From the NCBI GenBank assembly GCA_902569095.1, contig CACFSX010000003.1, forward strand, positions 9,533 to 73,532: DNA of 64,000 bases. The letters are read 5' to 3'. A program made the translations under genes and the position numbers. The number at the start of each line of letters is the position of its first letter. Position 1 is the stretch's first letter. Positions 21,583 to 30,876 of the stretch are shown piece by piece. The notes below the pieces were generated by a model. The model was not told the origin of the DNA and ran no database searches. It was given only the letters and a program-made list of their open reading frames with translations. Source of the DNA: an uncultured Alphaproteobacteria bacterium (GTDB lineage: Bacteria > Pseudomonadota > Alphaproteobacteria > Methylaequorales > Methylaequoraceae).

Positions 21583-21969
21583 ATGAATATGAAAATAATT
21601 TTAATTTTGCCAATTCTGGAATTAATATTATTTATCTTATTTGGTGACCTTTTAGGTTTTTTTCCAGTTATTTCTCTAATAATTATTTCAGGCTTAATAG
21701 GATTCTACTTTTTAAGATCTGGGATGAACCCTAAAAATATAGCCGAAAATCCAAAAGAATGGATTTTTACTAAATTTGCTGGAATCCTTTTGTTAATCCC
21801 TGGTTTCGCCACCGACTGTTTTGGCGTTTTTTTACTAGTTAAGTCTCTAAGGTACCTAATTTGGGATTATGTTCCAGAAAAAACAAAAAATTATTTTTAT
21901 GATGATGAAATAAAATCAAAAGATAAAGATATTATTGAGGTTGATTACAAGGATTTAGATGACAAATAA
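21583..21969 (+). CDS. fxsA: FxsA family membrane protein
   Basis: N-terminus ILPILELILFILFGDLLGF... is typical of FxsA; acidic C-terminal tail. Confidence 0.6.
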   Translation: MNMKIILILPILELILFILFGDLLGFFPVISLIIISGLIGFYFLRSGMNPKNIAENPKEWIFTKFAGILLLIPGFATDCFGVFLLVKSLRYLIWDYVPEKTKNYFYDDEIKSKDKDIIEVDYKDLDDK

Positions 21970-22240
21970 TTTCTTAAATTACAGTATAAGAATATTTGGA
22001 AGAGTTCAAGGCGTAGGATTTCGAGTATGGACAAAGAAAACTGCTGAAATTTTTTTTTTAACGGGTTGGGTTAAAAATTGTGATGACAAAAGTGTTGAAT
22101 GCGAAGTAAGTGGAAAAAAAGAAAATATTGATTTTTTTTTAAATGCTTGCAGGACAGGTCCTACATTTGCAAAAGTAGAGAATATTCAGTTAAAAAGGGA
22201 ATGTTTCAAAGAATTCAAAAGTTTTAGTATTTTTTATTAA
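21959..22240 (+). CDS. acyP: acylphosphatase
   Basis: RVQGVGFR...GWVKN motifs; 93 aa. Confidence 0.8.
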   Translation: MTNNFLNYSIRIFGRVQGVGFRVWTKKTAEIFFLTGWVKNCDDKSVECEVSGKKENIDFFLNACRTGPTFAKVENIQLKRECFKEFKSFSIFY

Positions 22241-22818
22241 TGAAACTCTATTTTTTACGACATACTTCTTTAAATGTAGAAATAGACACATTCTATGGTC
22301 AAACAGATCTCGATGTTTCAGATAAGTTTGAAGAAGAGGTGAAATTAATTAAAAAGAAAATAAGGTATTTTGATATCGATATGAATTCCACAAAGGTTTA
22401 TTCTAGTCCATTAAAAAGGTGTATTAAATTAACTAACAAGTTAACGAAAAAGTACAAAATTGATGATAGGATTAAGGAGATGAACTTGGGTAATTGGGAA
22501 ATGAAAAAAATGAGTTCTATTCCAGAAAAGGAGAAATTGGATTGGGAAAATAATCTTTTATCTTATAAAATTCCCAATGGAGAGAGTAACAATGAGTTTT
22601 TAAATAGACTTAAGTGCTTTCTTGAAGACATTTTAGAACTTAATGATGATGCACTAATTGTTTGCCATGCAGGTTCAATAAATGGAATGCTATCTTTATT
22701 AACTAATGAACCTTTTGATAAAATGGTTAAGAATTATTGGGAACTGATTAAGCATGGCTCACTGTCTTTGATTGAATTAAAAAATAAATTAATTATAAAA
22801 AAAGTAATAGGCAAATAA
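22240..22818 (+). CDS. histidine phosphatase family protein (PGM/CobC-like)
   Basis: N-terminal YFLRHT motif (catalytic RH) and a C-terminal H (CHAGS). Confidence 0.6.
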   Translation: MKLYFLRHTSLNVEIDTFYGQTDLDVSDKFEEEVKLIKKKIRYFDIDMNSTKVYSSPLKRCIKLTNKLTKKYKIDDRIKEMNLGNWEMKKMSSIPEKEKLDWENNLLSYKIPNGESNNEFLNRLKCFLEDILELNDDALIVCHAGSINGMLSLLTNEPFDKMVKNYWELIKHGSLSLIELKNKLIIKKVIGK

Positions 22819-22819
22819 T

Positions 22820-23557
22820 TTGTTTTCATTAAATTTTACGAATATTTTTAGTCATGGATTAAAAGTAGATAAAAAAAAAGTACAAAAAATTAAAGATATA
22901 AAAATTATAAGAACTTCAAGAAGATCGAAATCAATCTCCTTAAAAATAAGAAATGGAGAGCTAGAAATTTCTTGCCCATATAACACCTCTGAAACATTTC
23001 TAAAGAATTTGATTGAAAGAAAAAAAGTATGGATTAAAAATAATATTGAACGGTCTAGAGAGAATCACCTAAAAATTGATCAGATTTCAAATGGGTTCAT
23101 TACTTACAAAGGACTTGAACTAAAGCTTGTTTACAAGAAATCTAACATTGAAAGAATTTTTGTAGAAGATGATAAATTAAAAATATTTTATGCAGATGAA
23201 TCAAGAAGTAAGAAGTTAATTATTGAGTGGCTAAAATTACAAGCTAATAATTTTTTAAGGGCAAGATTGTTGTTTTTATCGAAACGTATCAGCATTCAAT
23301 TCAATTCAGTGACGATAAAATCATATACTGCTAGATGGGGGAGTTGTAATATTAGAGGAGATATTTTTTTAAATTGGAAATTAATAATGTTACCACAGAG
23401 TATAATCGATTATGTTCTGATTCATGAACTGGCTCATATAAATGTCCCAAACCACTCAAAGAAATTTTGGCAACTGGTAAAAAAAAAAGACCCTGACTAT
23501 TGTAAAAATCAAAAATGGCTGAAGGATAATGGATCATCTTTTATTTTGTTCAGATGA
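22820..23557 (+). CDS. YgjP/DUF45 family metal-dependent hydrolase
   Basis: HELAHINVPNHSKKFWQLV (HExxH...NHS) signature near the C-terminus. Confidence 0.7.
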   Translation: MFSLNFTNIFSHGLKVDKKKVQKIKDIKIIRTSRRSKSISLKIRNGELEISCPYNTSETFLKNLIERKKVWIKNNIERSRENHLKIDQISNGFITYKGLELKLVYKKSNIERIFVEDDKLKIFYADESRSKKLIIEWLKLQANNFLRARLLFLSKRISIQFNSVTIKSYTARWGSCNIRGDIFLNWKLIMLPQSIIDYVLIHELAHINVPNHSKKFWQLVKKKDPDYCKNQKWLKDNGSSFILFR

Positions 23558-23764
23558 ATTTAGTTTTTCCTCGTTCTTAATTATTTGTAATGCTTTGGAT
23601 ATTTCCCTCTCGTTGACAGTTATTCTGATTGGTATCGCCGTTATATTTCCCTCTGTCATTGACATCTCTTCATCAAAAGTAAAGTATTCAATATTGTGAG
23701 CTTGCAAAATACTTTTTATCCAACTTATATAAATTCGGTCGTTACTTTTAATTAAAGTCTCCAT
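23534..23764 (-). CDS. small hypothetical protein (DUF2007-like?)
   Basis: 76-aa ORF with weak resemblance to DUF2007 signal-transducing-like proteins. Confidence 0.3.
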   Translation of the reverse strand: METLIKSNDRIYISWIKSILQAHNIEYFTFDEEMSMTEGNITAIPIRITVNEREISKALQIIKNEEKLNSSEQNKR

Positions 23765-23813
23765 GTTAAATAATTAATAAAATTAAAGGGTAGTTTCAAA
23801 TTAAAAAATAAGT

Positions 23814-23890
23814 TGGCGCGCCCGAAAGGATTCGAACCCTTAACCTTTTGAGCCGAAATCAAATGCTCTATCCAGTTGAGCTACGGGCGC
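23814..23890 (-). tRNA. tRNA-Arg (anticodon read as UCG), CCA encoded
   Basis: The reverse complement GCGCCCGTAGCTCAACTGGATAGAGCATTTGATTTCGGCTCAAAAGGTTAAGGGTTCGAATCCTTTCGGGCGCGCCA folds as a cloverleaf with A20 and G73. Confidence 0.8.
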
Positions 23891-23895
23891 ATAAA

Positions 23896-25248
23896 TCAAT
23901 TATCTAGACCGTGTGACAATTTAGAAAGTTTTCTACTAAATAAAATTACAGTGAATCCAACTGTAATGCACACAAATGTGATACCTATAAACACAAATTT
24001 TTCTCCAAATTTTTCAGAATACTGGCCAATTATTCCTGCTAATTTATTGCCTATCCCGATAGCAGCAAAATAAATACCCATGATTGACGAAACAAGTCTT
24101 TGTGGTGATAACTTAGTAATATAGGATAATATAACTGGAGACGCACATAATTCTCCAACTGTGTGAAACAAGTATGCTAATACTAGCCAATACATTGAAG
24201 ATTTCCCTAATACTTCAAACTCAAGAGCAGCAAAAAACATAAATATAAACCCTAATCCCATAATTATTAAACCAGCTGAAATTTTAAAAACAGAAGAAAT
24301 TATAAGTTTTTTTTTCTCAATAAAAAACCAAAACTGTGCTACTGAAAAACCAAGGAAAATTATCATTAAAGGATTGATTGATTGGAACCAACTTGCCGGC
24401 ACTTCAAAATTTATAAATCCAATAAATCTATCTGTTTTTTGATATGCAAAGATATTCATAAGTCCTCCAGCTTGCTCAAAAGAGGCCCAGAAGATAATAA
24501 GTATAAAACTGGCTAAAACAATTAATTTTATTCTGTCTAATTCAAATCTATTGATTTTTTTGTATTTAAATATCTTTTTTTGCTTTCTAACATTTTTAAA
24601 ATTTTTTCTCCCGAGGAAGAAAGTTACCTGCCCAATTATCATCCCTAAACCTGCCAACGAAAAACCATAATGCCAGCCATAAGTCTCGCCAACATATCCT
24701 ACAATTAAACTCGCGAGGAAAGCGCCAATATTGATTCCAATATAAAATAATGTGAAGCCTTGATCTCTTCTTATGTCCTTTTGTGTGTATAAAGATCCCA
24801 CGAGAGTTGAAATGCTTGGTTTTAAAAGACCAACACCAAGCACTATTAGTACTAAACCAGTATAGAAAAAATTTATGTTGTCGATTGCAAGTGATAGGTG
24901 ACCTAAACATAATAAAGCTCCTCCCCAGAAAACGGCCCTTTGACTTGTGATCAGTTTGTCAGCAATTATTCCTCCTGGAATACAGGCTAAATAAACAAAG
25001 GCTGTGTACCAGCCATATAGCTTGATGGCATCATAATTAGACCAACCTAATCCAGGGTTTGAAGAGTTTGTTTCAGAAACTAAATACAGAACGAGTATAG
25101 CGCGCATTCCGTAATAACTAAATCTTTCCCACAACTCTGTTAAAAAAAGAGTTGTTAATCCGCTTGGATGACTTGACAATATATTAGTTTTTAAATTTTC
25201 CATTTTTGTTTTGGCATGAACATTGCTTATTAATATCATATCTGACAA
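23896..25248 (-). CDS. POT/PTR2-family di-/tripeptide:H+ symporter (MFS)
   Basis: PTR2 signature FLTELWERFSYYGMRAILVLYL with 12 or more TM helices. The listed start is TTG at 25248; an in-frame ATG lies 3 codons downstream. Confidence 0.8.
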   Translation of the reverse strand: MSDMILISNVHAKTKMENLKTNILSSHPSGLTTLFLTELWERFSYYGMRAILVLYLVSETNSSNPGLGWSNYDAIKLYGWYTAFVYLACIPGGIIADKLITSQRAVFWGGALLCLGHLSLAIDNINFFYTGLVLIVLGVGLLKPSISTLVGSLYTQKDIRRDQGFTLFYIGINIGAFLASLIVGYVGETYGWHYGFSLAGLGMIIGQVTFFLGRKNFKNVRKQKKIFKYKKINRFELDRIKLIVLASFILIIFWASFEQAGGLMNIFAYQKTDRFIGFINFEVPASWFQSINPLMIIFLGFSVAQFWFFIEKKKLIISSVFKISAGLIIMGLGFIFMFFAALEFEVLGKSSMYWLVLAYLFHTVGELCASPVILSYITKLSPQRLVSSIMGIYFAAIGIGNKLAGIIGQYSEKFGEKFVFIGITFVCITVGFTVILFSRKLSKLSHGLDN

Positions 25249-25256
25249 GTGTCAGA
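25241..25256. repeat. perfect 7-2-7 palindrome TCTGACA-AG-TGTCAGA spanning the POT transporter start
   Basis: Read directly from the sequence. Confidence 0.6.
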
Positions 25257-25267
25257 AATTTGAATTG

Positions 25268-25320
25268 TGGGAAGATCCAAAATATAATATTTCCTCCCTT
25301 AAAATAAAAAGATCTTCCCA
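25268..25320. repeat. 10-bp inverted repeat TGGGAAGATC...GATCTTCCCA with a 33-nt AT-rich loop
   Basis: Read directly from the sequence. It lies between the 72-aa ORF and the POT transporter start. Confidence 0.55.
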
Positions 25321-25333
25321 ATTCAATTAAATT

Positions 25334-25552
25334 TCATTTATTAATACTCAAAATAAATTTTTTTAACTGCTCCACCTCGCCATCACAAACATCTTTGTAT
25401 GAGCAACTAAATTTTCGATTAATTAATAAACATATATGCGCATAAGGGTTTCTTCCATTTGGATGGTTTGGGTGCGGTTTTAGCTTATCTTTTAAATAAT
25501 CCCCATGCTTTTGGATGAATCTCCAAACAATTTTCTTATTAGCTTCATTCAT
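25334..25552 (-). CDS. hypothetical small protein (72 aa; His/Pro/Cys-containing)
   Basis: ORF only; it abuts the upstream small ORF and contains PHPNHPNGRNPYAH and C..C.....C. Confidence 0.35.
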   Translation of the reverse strand: MNEANKKIVWRFIQKHGDYLKDKLKPHPNHPNGRNPYAHICLLINRKFSCSYKDVCDGEVEQLKKFILSINK

Positions 25553-25804
25553 TCATCTTATCCCTTGATTTGTTCTTACTCTAGATTTCTTAATTGGTCT
25601 TTTGAAAAGCTTATTTTCGCTCTTCTTTTGAATAACTCTTTTTTTTATTACATACTTATTTCCAGGCTTAGGTGGAGGAAGTTTTTTAAACGTACCATCT
25701 TTTTTAATCAGTATGTAGTTTCCATTTTCGTCTCTAATGATTTCATCAGCAAATAAAGTATTTTGATAAAAAAACACAAAAAGAAAAATTAAAATATTTG
25801 TCAT
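25553..25804 (-). CDS. hypothetical secreted basic protein (83 aa)
   Basis: Signal peptide MTNILIFLFVFFYQNTLFA followed by a Lys/Pro-rich mature part. Confidence 0.4.
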   Translation of the reverse strand: MTNILIFLFVFFYQNTLFADEIIRDENGNYILIKKDGTFKKLPPPKPGNKYVIKKRVIQKKSENKLFKRPIKKSRVRTNQGIR

Positions 25805-25989
25805 TTATATAAATAGTATTTTTTATAAATTTTAGTATCAATTGAATTTTTTTTTGACATTAAAAGTACTTGTCGACGTAATTTCCATTTTTTTCTTATG
25901 AGCTTTAATTTAAAAGCACTTTCTCTTCTAATTTTAATATTTTTCCACCAAGAGCTAGATCCTACAGCTAAAATAATTTCTTTTTTCAT
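25801..25989 (-). CDS. hypothetical small basic protein (62 aa)
   Basis: ORF only, bracketed by 4-nt overlaps with both neighbours. It could be a spurious AT-rich ORF. Confidence 0.25.
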   Translation of the reverse strand: MKKEIILAVGSSSWWKNIKIRRESAFKLKLIRKKWKLRRQVLLMSKKNSIDTKIYKKYYLYK

Positions 25990-26936
25990 AAATCAAGTCT
26001 ATGGTAAAATTTTGCATTTTCAATTTGTTTTAAAGTGTCACTGAAAGATGAGTTGCTTGCATTATATTCTTTCCCAATCACCCAATTTTTTAAATCCTCT
26101 GTAATTTGATCCCCATTCAAATCTCTGAGAATCATATGATAGTTTTCCTTATAAACTAAAATTTTTATTTTATCTAAAAAATTGTTTGTATTCCTTTCAT
26201 TCTTCAATAATTTGATTAATGGTTTTCTCGGAACCACTTCATCTTTCAATGGAATCATTATTAGTGTTTTATATGATGGATTTTTAAAATATTCTTCTGT
26301 ATCTTTGTATGCTTCATCCATAAGATCTACAACACCTTGAAGGCTTCGAAATGTTGGTTTATGAATAAATAAATCATCCATAGATAATTCTTTTAGCATT
26401 TTTAAATTGTCACTGGCTTGGACCTTTACTATCCCTTTACCACTGACCTTAAAGGAGGGAAGGATTTTTGCAAGAAATTTTAAAGGAATACTTTTCCAAA
26501 AGTTTGTTTCTGTAAAATTCCAAATAGCAGGAGCAATTAGTATTACACCGTCGATTGAAAGATTCCTAAACCGATTAACAAAACTTAAAGTGATTGCGCC
26601 ACCCATACTCTCTCCCAACAAAAAAATTTTCTTATCAGGATTTTCATTTTTTATTTTTTTTAAGTTAAAGTCTATGTCCTTGATGTGTTGTTCTAAATTA
26701 TACCATTCACCTTTATTTTTATTTTTACCAAAGCCATTGAGATCAAACGAAGTCAAAGCTATGTTATTTTTTGACAGGTATTCTCCAGGAATTTTAAAAG
26801 AATTAGAATAGTCATTATATCCATGAATAGCTAATATGACATTTGAAAATTCAGAATCTGGTTTTATATTCATGTATGAAAAAGAATTGGTTTCTATATC
26901 TTTGATCAATGTGGAAGTACATGATGATATTAACAA
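25986..26936 (-). CDS. alpha/beta hydrolase (lysophospholipase-like)
   Basis: GESMGG nucleophile elbow and an HGY oxyanion region. Confidence 0.7.
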   Translation of the reverse strand: MLISSCTSTLIKDIETNSFSYMNIKPDSEFSNVILAIHGYNDYSNSFKIPGEYLSKNNIALTSFDLNGFGKNKNKGEWYNLEQHIKDIDFNLKKIKNENPDKKIFLLGESMGGAITLSFVNRFRNLSIDGVILIAPAIWNFTETNFWKSIPLKFLAKILPSFKVSGKGIVKVQASDNLKMLKELSMDDLFIHKPTFRSLQGVVDLMDEAYKDTEEYFKNPSYKTLIMIPLKDEVVPRKPLIKLLKNERNTNNFLDKIKILVYKENYHMILRDLNGDQITEDLKNWVIGKEYNASNSSFSDTLKQIENAKFYHRLDL

Positions 26937-26953
26937 TATTATAGAAGCAATAA

Positions 26954-27868
26954 TTAATTTTTGAGTAATTTTATAAATATATCCTCTAAATCTGATTCCT
27001 TAGTTGTTATATCTTTTAAATCTATCTTACTGTTAATAAATACTTTAATCAATTCAGCAGTATTAATTTCGTTTTTATTAAACTTAAGAGTAGCTGATTG
27101 ATCGTCCTTCAAAATACAAAAGTCTTTAATTTTTTTGGGAAGGTTTTTTACTTTTTTTGAAAACTCGACTTTAACTTCTTTTTCTTCAAGAATTTTTAAC
27201 AAATTTGTTTTAGTGTCATTTGCTATAACTTTACCTTTATTAATAACTGCAATTTCGTCACACAACAATTCAGCCTCTTTAAGATAGTGTGTAGTCAAAA
27301 TAATAGTGGTACCTTTTTTGTTTAGTTCATTTATTGACTCCCACAATTTTGCTCGAAGTTCAACATCTACTCCAGCAGTCGGTTCGTCAAGAATTAGAAC
27401 TGGAGGGTTATGTACCATCGCTTTGGCTACCATCAGTCTTCTTTTCATTCCTCCCGATAAACTCCTAGCATATGCATCTGCTTTTTCTCCAAGTCCAAGA
27501 ATATTTAAAATTTCTTGATTCCTTATATTTTTTTTTTCTACAGCGTACATCCCAGCCTGTATGTTCATAATTTCCATTGGTGTGAAAAATGGATCTATCA
27601 TAATTTCTTGTGGAACAACACCTAAATTGCCTCTGACAGTTTTTGGATCAGTATCTAGATTTACCCCGCACACAAATACTTCTCCACTAGTTTTATTAAC
27701 TAAGCCAGCTAAAATATTTATAAAAGTACTTTTTCCAGCTCCATTTGGACCTAACAAACCAAAAATAGAGCCTTCATTGATTGATAAATCAATGTGATTG
27801 AGGGCGTATTTAGAACTAGTAAGATATTTTTTTGCTAATTTTTTAACACTAATTATTTTTCTTTTCAT
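26954..27868 (-). CDS. ABC transporter ATP-binding protein (ABC-2 type)
   Basis: Walker A (GPNGAGKST), LSGGMKRR signature and Walker B (ILDEPT). Confidence 0.8.
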   Translation of the reverse strand: MKRKIISVKKLAKKYLTSSKYALNHIDLSINEGSIFGLLGPNGAGKSTFINILAGLVNKTSGEVFVCGVNLDTDPKTVRGNLGVVPQEIMIDPFFTPMEIMNIQAGMYAVEKKNIRNQEILNILGLGEKADAYARSLSGGMKRRLMVAKAMVHNPPVLILDEPTAGVDVELRAKLWESINELNKKGTTIILTTHYLKEAELLCDEIAVINKGKVIANDTKTNLLKILEEKEVKVEFSKKVKNLPKKIKDFCILKDDQSATLKFNKNEINTAELIKVFINSKIDLKDITTKESDLEDIFIKLLKN

Positions 27869-27931
27869 GATTATAATATTATATATGTATTCGATGCTTT
27901 AAAAATATGATATTTTTTGAACTTTAGTGTT

Positions 27932-28096
27932 ATGGACTTAAATTTTCAAACAGAAATAAAATATATTAATAGCAATACAGTAAGCTGTAGTGGAGATGGG
28001 TCCAAAGAATCCCATCCGTTAATCTATATTGACCTGTCATCCGGAAACATTGCAACGTGTCCATATTGCAGTGCAAAATTTAAAAAGAAAATATGA
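27932..28096 (+). CDS. zinc-finger (zf-CHCC) small protein, 54 aa; not in the supplied ORF track
   Basis: Translation MDLNFQTEIKYINSNTVSCSGDGSKESHPLIYIDLSSGNIATCPYCSAKFKKKI carries the C..G...HP.IY......C.YC..F pattern. Its TGA stop overlaps the polA ATG (ATGA). Confidence 0.6.
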   Translation: MDLNFQTEIKYINSNTVSCSGDGSKESHPLIYIDLSSGNIATCPYCSAKFKKKI

Positions 28097-30876
28097 ATTC
28101 AGTTGGAAATGAATTAGTTCTAGTAGACGGTTCTGGCTATATATTCAGAGCTTACTACGCTCTTCCTCCAATGTTTAGATCCGATGGACTTCCGGTCAAC
28201 GCAGTTTTTGGCTTTACCAATATGCTTCTTAAGTTAATAGATGACATTCAAAGTGAAAAAGGAGGAAATGTTGCAATTGCAGTGATATTTGATGCTGCAA
28301 GAAAGACATTTAGAAATGATATTTATCCAGACTATAAAGCAAATAGATCTGACCCTCCGGAAGACTTGAAACCTCAATTTGATATAATAAAAAAAGTTCC
28401 TGATGCTTTCAACCTTCAATCAATAGATTCATTAGGTTTTGAAGCAGACGATTTAATTGCATCTTATTCCAAAAAAGCAAAACAAGAAGGTAAAAAAATT
28501 ACGATTATTTCCTCAGATAAAGATCTAATGCAACTTTTAGGTAAAAATGTTTCGATGATAGATCCACTAAAAAAAAAAGAAATTACCTCAGAAAGTGTAA
28601 TTGAAAAGTTTGGCGTTGGTCCTGAAAAAGTTATTGAAGTTCAAGCATTGGCTGGAGATACCTCAGATAATATTCCTGGTGTCCCAGGAATTGGTCCTAA
28701 AACAGCTTCACAATTAATAAATGAATATGGAAATATCGAAAATCTTATTGCAAATGTCAAAAATATAAAACAAGAAAAAAGAAAAGAGGCTATTTCAGAC
28801 AATAAAGATCTTTTAATTATTTCGAAGAAATTAGTAACTTTGAAGGATGATGTAAACCTACCTGTTTCAATTGAAAAATTGAATTTCAAACCATTAGAGG
28901 TTGAAAAACTTATAAACTTTTTAGATGAAATGGAGTTCAATAGGATTAAATCGTTAGTAACTAATAAATTTGGTTCAAAAAATCAGCCACCTTCTCAAAC
29001 GGAAAAACAAAATAATCAAGAGAAAGAAAATGAATACTTCACTCCTATAAGAGAAAAAGTAAATAGAGGAATTTACGAATTAATTTTAAATGAAAAAGAC
29101 TTAACAATATGGATTCAAAAAATTATTGAAAGTGGAGTTGTAGCGATAGATTGTGAAACAACTTCACTTAGTGCTACCGAGGCAGAAATTGTTGGTTTTT
29201 CAATGTCGATAGAGAATAGCCAAGCTTGTTACATCCCTTTAAATCATAAAGGCTTGAAAAAACAATTAGATTTAAATGTCTTTATTGAAAAAATAAAAAT
29301 AATTTTAGAGGATAACTCAATATTGAAAATCGGACAAAATATTAAATATGATTTCATAATTCTCAAGGGACTAGGCGTCAGCGTGAATAATATGGACGAT
29401 ACTATGCTTATGTCATATGTTTTGAGAACTGGTCAAAGAGGACACGGATTAGACGAACTGTCATCTGATTTTTTATTTCATGATACTATTAAATACTCAG
29501 ATGTAACCGTAGTTGAAAAAAAAAAAATTTTGTTTTCAGAAGTTTCTGCAGATAAAGCAAAAAATTATGCTGCTGAAGATGCAGATGTCACCTATAGGTT
29601 GTGGGAAATCCTTAAAATTTTATTAATCAAGGAAGGACTTTATGACTTTTATTTTTATGTTGAAAAACCATTGATAGAAGTAATTGCAGAAATGGAGATT
29701 GCCGGATGTAAAGTTGATAATCCTAAATTAACCAAACTTTCTGGAGAATTTTTAGAAAAAATGTCAATGATAGAAAGGGAAATTTTTAAGTTGAGCAAAG
29801 AGGATTTTAACATAGGATCACCAAAGCAGTTGGGAGAAGTTTTATTTGATAAGCTTAAACTTCCTTATGGTAAAAAAGGTAAAAGTGGGAACTATCAAAC
29901 TGATGTTAAAGTTCTCGAAAAATTAAAAGCTGAAAATTTTAATATTGCATCCTTAGTTTTGGATTGGAGACAATATTCAAAGTTGAGGGGTACATATTGT
30001 GAGGGTTTATTGTCAAGAGAAAATGTAAAAACAAATAGAATTCACACATCGTTTGGCATGGCGAGTACTTTAACTGGCAGACTCTCATCAAATGATCCTA
30101 ATCTACAAAATATCCCAATTAAAACAGAGGAAGGAAGGGAAATAAGAAAAGTATTTATATGTGATGAAAAAAATCGAATCATCTCAATTGACTACTCTCA
30201 AATTGAATTAAGAATTTTAGCGCATGTTGCAAACATAAAAACTTTAATAAATGCTTTTGAAAACGATAGTGATATTCATACTGTTACAGCTATGGAAGTC
30301 TTTCAGATTTCAAAAGACAAAGTTACTAATGAATTTAGACGAAAGGCAAAGATAATTAATTTTGGAATTATATATGGAATTTCTGCCTATGGTTTAGCTT
30401 TACAACTAGAAATCCCAAATAGTGAAGCAAAAATGTACATGGATCAATATTTCAAAAAATATCCGGGCATTAAAGATTATATGAGAAACACGATTCAAGA
30501 ATGTAGATCGAATGGTTATGTCAAAACACCTTTTGGGAGAAGGATATTTATTCCATTTATAAATGATAAGGTTGTTACAAGAAAAAATTTTGCTGAAAGA
30601 TCTGCTATTAATGCTCCTATTCAGGGTGGAGCTGCAGACATGATAAAATTAGCAATGCCAAGGGTTCAGAAATTTTTAATAGATGAGAAATTAAAGACAA
30701 AGATATTACTACAGGTTCATGATGAACTATTATTTGAATCTCCTCAAAGTGAAATAGATATAATCAAAAACAAGATTCCTGAAATAATGACAAGTTCACA
30801 TAAAAATTTTATCTCTTTAAAAGTGCCAATCAAAGTTGATATAGGTGTTGGAAATAGTTGGGATGATGCTCATTGA
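28093..30876 (+). CDS. polA: DNA polymerase I
   Basis: 927-aa ORF with 5'-3' exonuclease, 3'-5' exonuclease and family A polymerase motifs (RRxAKxxNFGxxYG, QVHDELxxE). Confidence 0.95.
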   Translation: MNSVGNELVLVDGSGYIFRAYYALPPMFRSDGLPVNAVFGFTNMLLKLIDDIQSEKGGNVAIAVIFDAARKTFRNDIYPDYKANRSDPPEDLKPQFDIIKKVPDAFNLQSIDSLGFEADDLIASYSKKAKQEGKKITIISSDKDLMQLLGKNVSMIDPLKKKEITSESVIEKFGVGPEKVIEVQALAGDTSDNIPGVPGIGPKTASQLINEYGNIENLIANVKNIKQEKRKEAISDNKDLLIISKKLVTLKDDVNLPVSIEKLNFKPLEVEKLINFLDEMEFNRIKSLVTNKFGSKNQPPSQTEKQNNQEKENEYFTPIREKVNRGIYELILNEKDLTIWIQKIIESGVVAIDCETTSLSATEAEIVGFSMSIENSQACYIPLNHKGLKKQLDLNVFIEKIKIILEDNSILKIGQNIKYDFIILKGLGVSVNNMDDTMLMSYVLRTGQRGHGLDELSSDFLFHDTIKYSDVTVVEKKKILFSEVSADKAKNYAAEDADVTYRLWEILKILLIKEGLYDFYFYVEKPLIEVIAEMEIAGCKVDNPKLTKLSGEFLEKMSMIEREIFKLSKEDFNIGSPKQLGEVLFDKLKLPYGKKGKSGNYQTDVKVLEKLKAENFNIASLVLDWRQYSKLRGTYCEGLLSRENVKTNRIHTSFGMASTLTGRLSSNDPNLQNIPIKTEEGREIRKVFICDEKNRIISIDYSQIELRILAHVANIKTLINAFENDSDIHTVTAMEVFQISKDKVTNEFRRKAKIINFGIIYGISAYGLALQLEIPNSEAKMYMDQYFKKYPGIKDYMRNTIQECRSNGYVKTPFGRRIFIPFINDKVVTRKNFAERSAINAPIQGGAADMIKLAMPRVQKFLIDEKLKTKILLQVHDELLFESPQSEIDIIKNKIPEIMTSSHKNFISLKVPIKVDIGVGNSWDDAH

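Noticed and set aside
24596-24910. 104-aa ORF inside the POT transporter gene, and similar nested ORFs (e.g. 6516-6782, 8856-9167, 13572-13865, 35075-35608)
   Set aside because: They are nested antisense or alternate-frame ORFs within well-supported genes. This pattern is typical of AT-rich DNA.
23534-25989. Possible tRNA-associated genomic islet next to tRNA-Arg
   Set aside because: There is no integrase, no direct repeat of the tRNA 3' end and no compositional break. The flanking genes (POT transporter, hydrolase) are ordinary. Only the three tiny ORFs remain unexplained, and they are reported separately.
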